Shown here: positions 25,204-26,049 of the stretch, piece after piece
Position numbering within the stretch: position 1 is the first letter of the stretch
How the letters are laid out: each line of letters opens with the position of its first letter
DNA from: Bdellovibrionia bacterium
Lineage (GTDB): Bacteria; Bdellovibrionota; UBA1018
NCBI GenBank assembly: GCA_045805065.1
Contig: JBJMMA010000037.1
Location: 1 to 26,049 of the forward strand
Direction of reading: 5' to 3'
Length of the DNA: 26,049 bases
Program-made: the position numbers and the translations under genes
Notes under the pieces: generated by a model
Told to the model about the DNA's origin: nothing
Seen by the model: the letters and a program-made list of their open reading frames with translations, nothing else
Database searches by the model: none

Positions 25204-26049
25204 ATGACCCTATTAGACCGCGTCCTCGACGTCCCCAGCTACGGATTCTTGCGCGAAGGCAAGCTCTACGTTCCGACTCATCGGGAGATCATCGGCGAAT
25301 TCTTTTCCCGGATGAACTTCATCAAATGCAGGAAGAACTGGCTTTCGGCCTTTAACTGGACGACGAGCTTGAGCTTTGCGATCCCATTGGTCATCTTCTT
25401 TACTCACTATTTCTCATGGCCACTTCTGGCGCTGGGATTTATCTACAGCATGGTTTTTCTGGGAAGCCATGGAACCTTCTGGCTTCACCGCTACTCGACT
25501 CATCGGGCGTTTCAATTCCGTAATCCTCTGGTCCGCCAGATTTGCCGAAATCTGGTGATCAAGATTATTCCCGAGGAGACTTACGTGGTTTCACACTACG
25601 TTCATCATCAGTTTCCCGAGCAACCGGGCGATCCTTATAATCCACACGGCGGATGGCTCTACTGCTTTCTTGCGGACGTGAATCATCAAGCCATCGCAAG
25701 AAACCTCTCTGAGAAAGACTATGGGCAGCTGAAAAAACTTCTCTGCCACACAGGCGTCCGCGCTAACAGCTATGCTCAGTACCAGCGCTGGGGCTCGCTC
25801 TGCCATCCCGTGTTCACGGCTCTGCACTTTGCCTTGAACTGGGCCTTTTGGTACGCGGCTTTCTACATGATGGGCGGTCACGCCCTGGCCACCGCGCTTT
25901 TTGGAAGCGCGGGCGTTTGGGCAATCGGCGTGCGCACATACAATTATGACGGCCACGGCGGTGGCAAGAACAAGCATCAGGTTGGAATCGACTTTCATGA
26001 GAAAGATCTTTCGATCAACCAGGTCTGGCCAGGCTATGTCGCTGGCGAA
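25204..26049 (+). CDS. Fatty acid desaturase (3'-truncated; absent from the ORF track)
   Basis: Manual translation MTLLDRVLDVPSYG...; TM segments; His boxes HRYSTH and HYVHH; DPYNP; open to the window end (...WPGYVAGE). In-frame ATG also at 25180. Confidence 0.9.
   Translation, partial: MTLLDRVLDVPSYGFLREGKLYVPTHREIIGEFFSRMNFIKCRKNWLSAFNWTTSLSFAIPLVIFFTHYFSWPLLALGFIYSMVFLGSHGTFWLHRYSTHRAFQFRNPLVRQICRNLVIKIIPEETYVVSHYVHHQFPEQPGDPYNPHGGWLYCFLADVNHQAIARNLSEKDYGQLKKLLCHTGVRANSYAQYQRWGSLCHPVFTALHFALNWAFWYAAFYMMGGHALATALFGSAGVWAIGVRTYNYDGHGGGKNKHQVGIDFHEKDLSINQVWPGYVAGE

Noticed and set aside
25170..25230. Hammerhead-like CTGATGAG...GAAAC upstream of the desaturase
   Set aside because: The intervening GTAAAAGGGAAAG cannot form stem II and no stem I/III partners were found; better explained as a purine-rich RBS region.
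25213..25998. ORF-track calls 25213-25407, 25376-25558, 25591-25998
   Set aside because: They overlap the desaturase frame, which the track missed because it has no stop codon inside the window.

Overview
Bacterial chromosomal segment, roughly 50-55% GC by eye. The pilin types and gene set suggest a Bdellovibrionota/Oligoflexia-like organism (inference only). Left to right: (1) the 3' end of a probable molybdoenzyme-associated gene, an HPP-family membrane protein and an apparently complete molybdenum cofactor (bis-MGD) cluster: moaA, moaC-mogA/moaB fusion, moeA, moaD, moaE, mobA, an uncharacterised ORF and a convergent moeB-rhodanese. (2) A minus-strand run: NADPH-dependent F420-reductase-like oxidoreductase, type IV pilin, secreted RNase T2/RNase I, and a translationally coupled otsA-otsB-marR operon whose OtsA carries a receptor-like two-TM N-terminal module. 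(3) Two paralogous pilin-like genes and rapA. (4) A CheB-CheR-PAS-histidine kinase fusion with one canonical and one degenerate receiver. (5) A SlyD-like PPIase and a probable cold-adaptation cluster: Gly-rich RRM protein, 58-aa CxxC/CxxC microprotein, DEAD-box helicase and fatty acid desaturase (truncated). No rRNA, tRNA, CRISPR or mobile element was recognised. Best leads are the membrane-sensor-fused trehalose-6-P synthase operon, the cold cluster with anti-SD RNA leaders, several palindromic operator-like sites, and short tandem duplications repeatedly located at gene boundaries.
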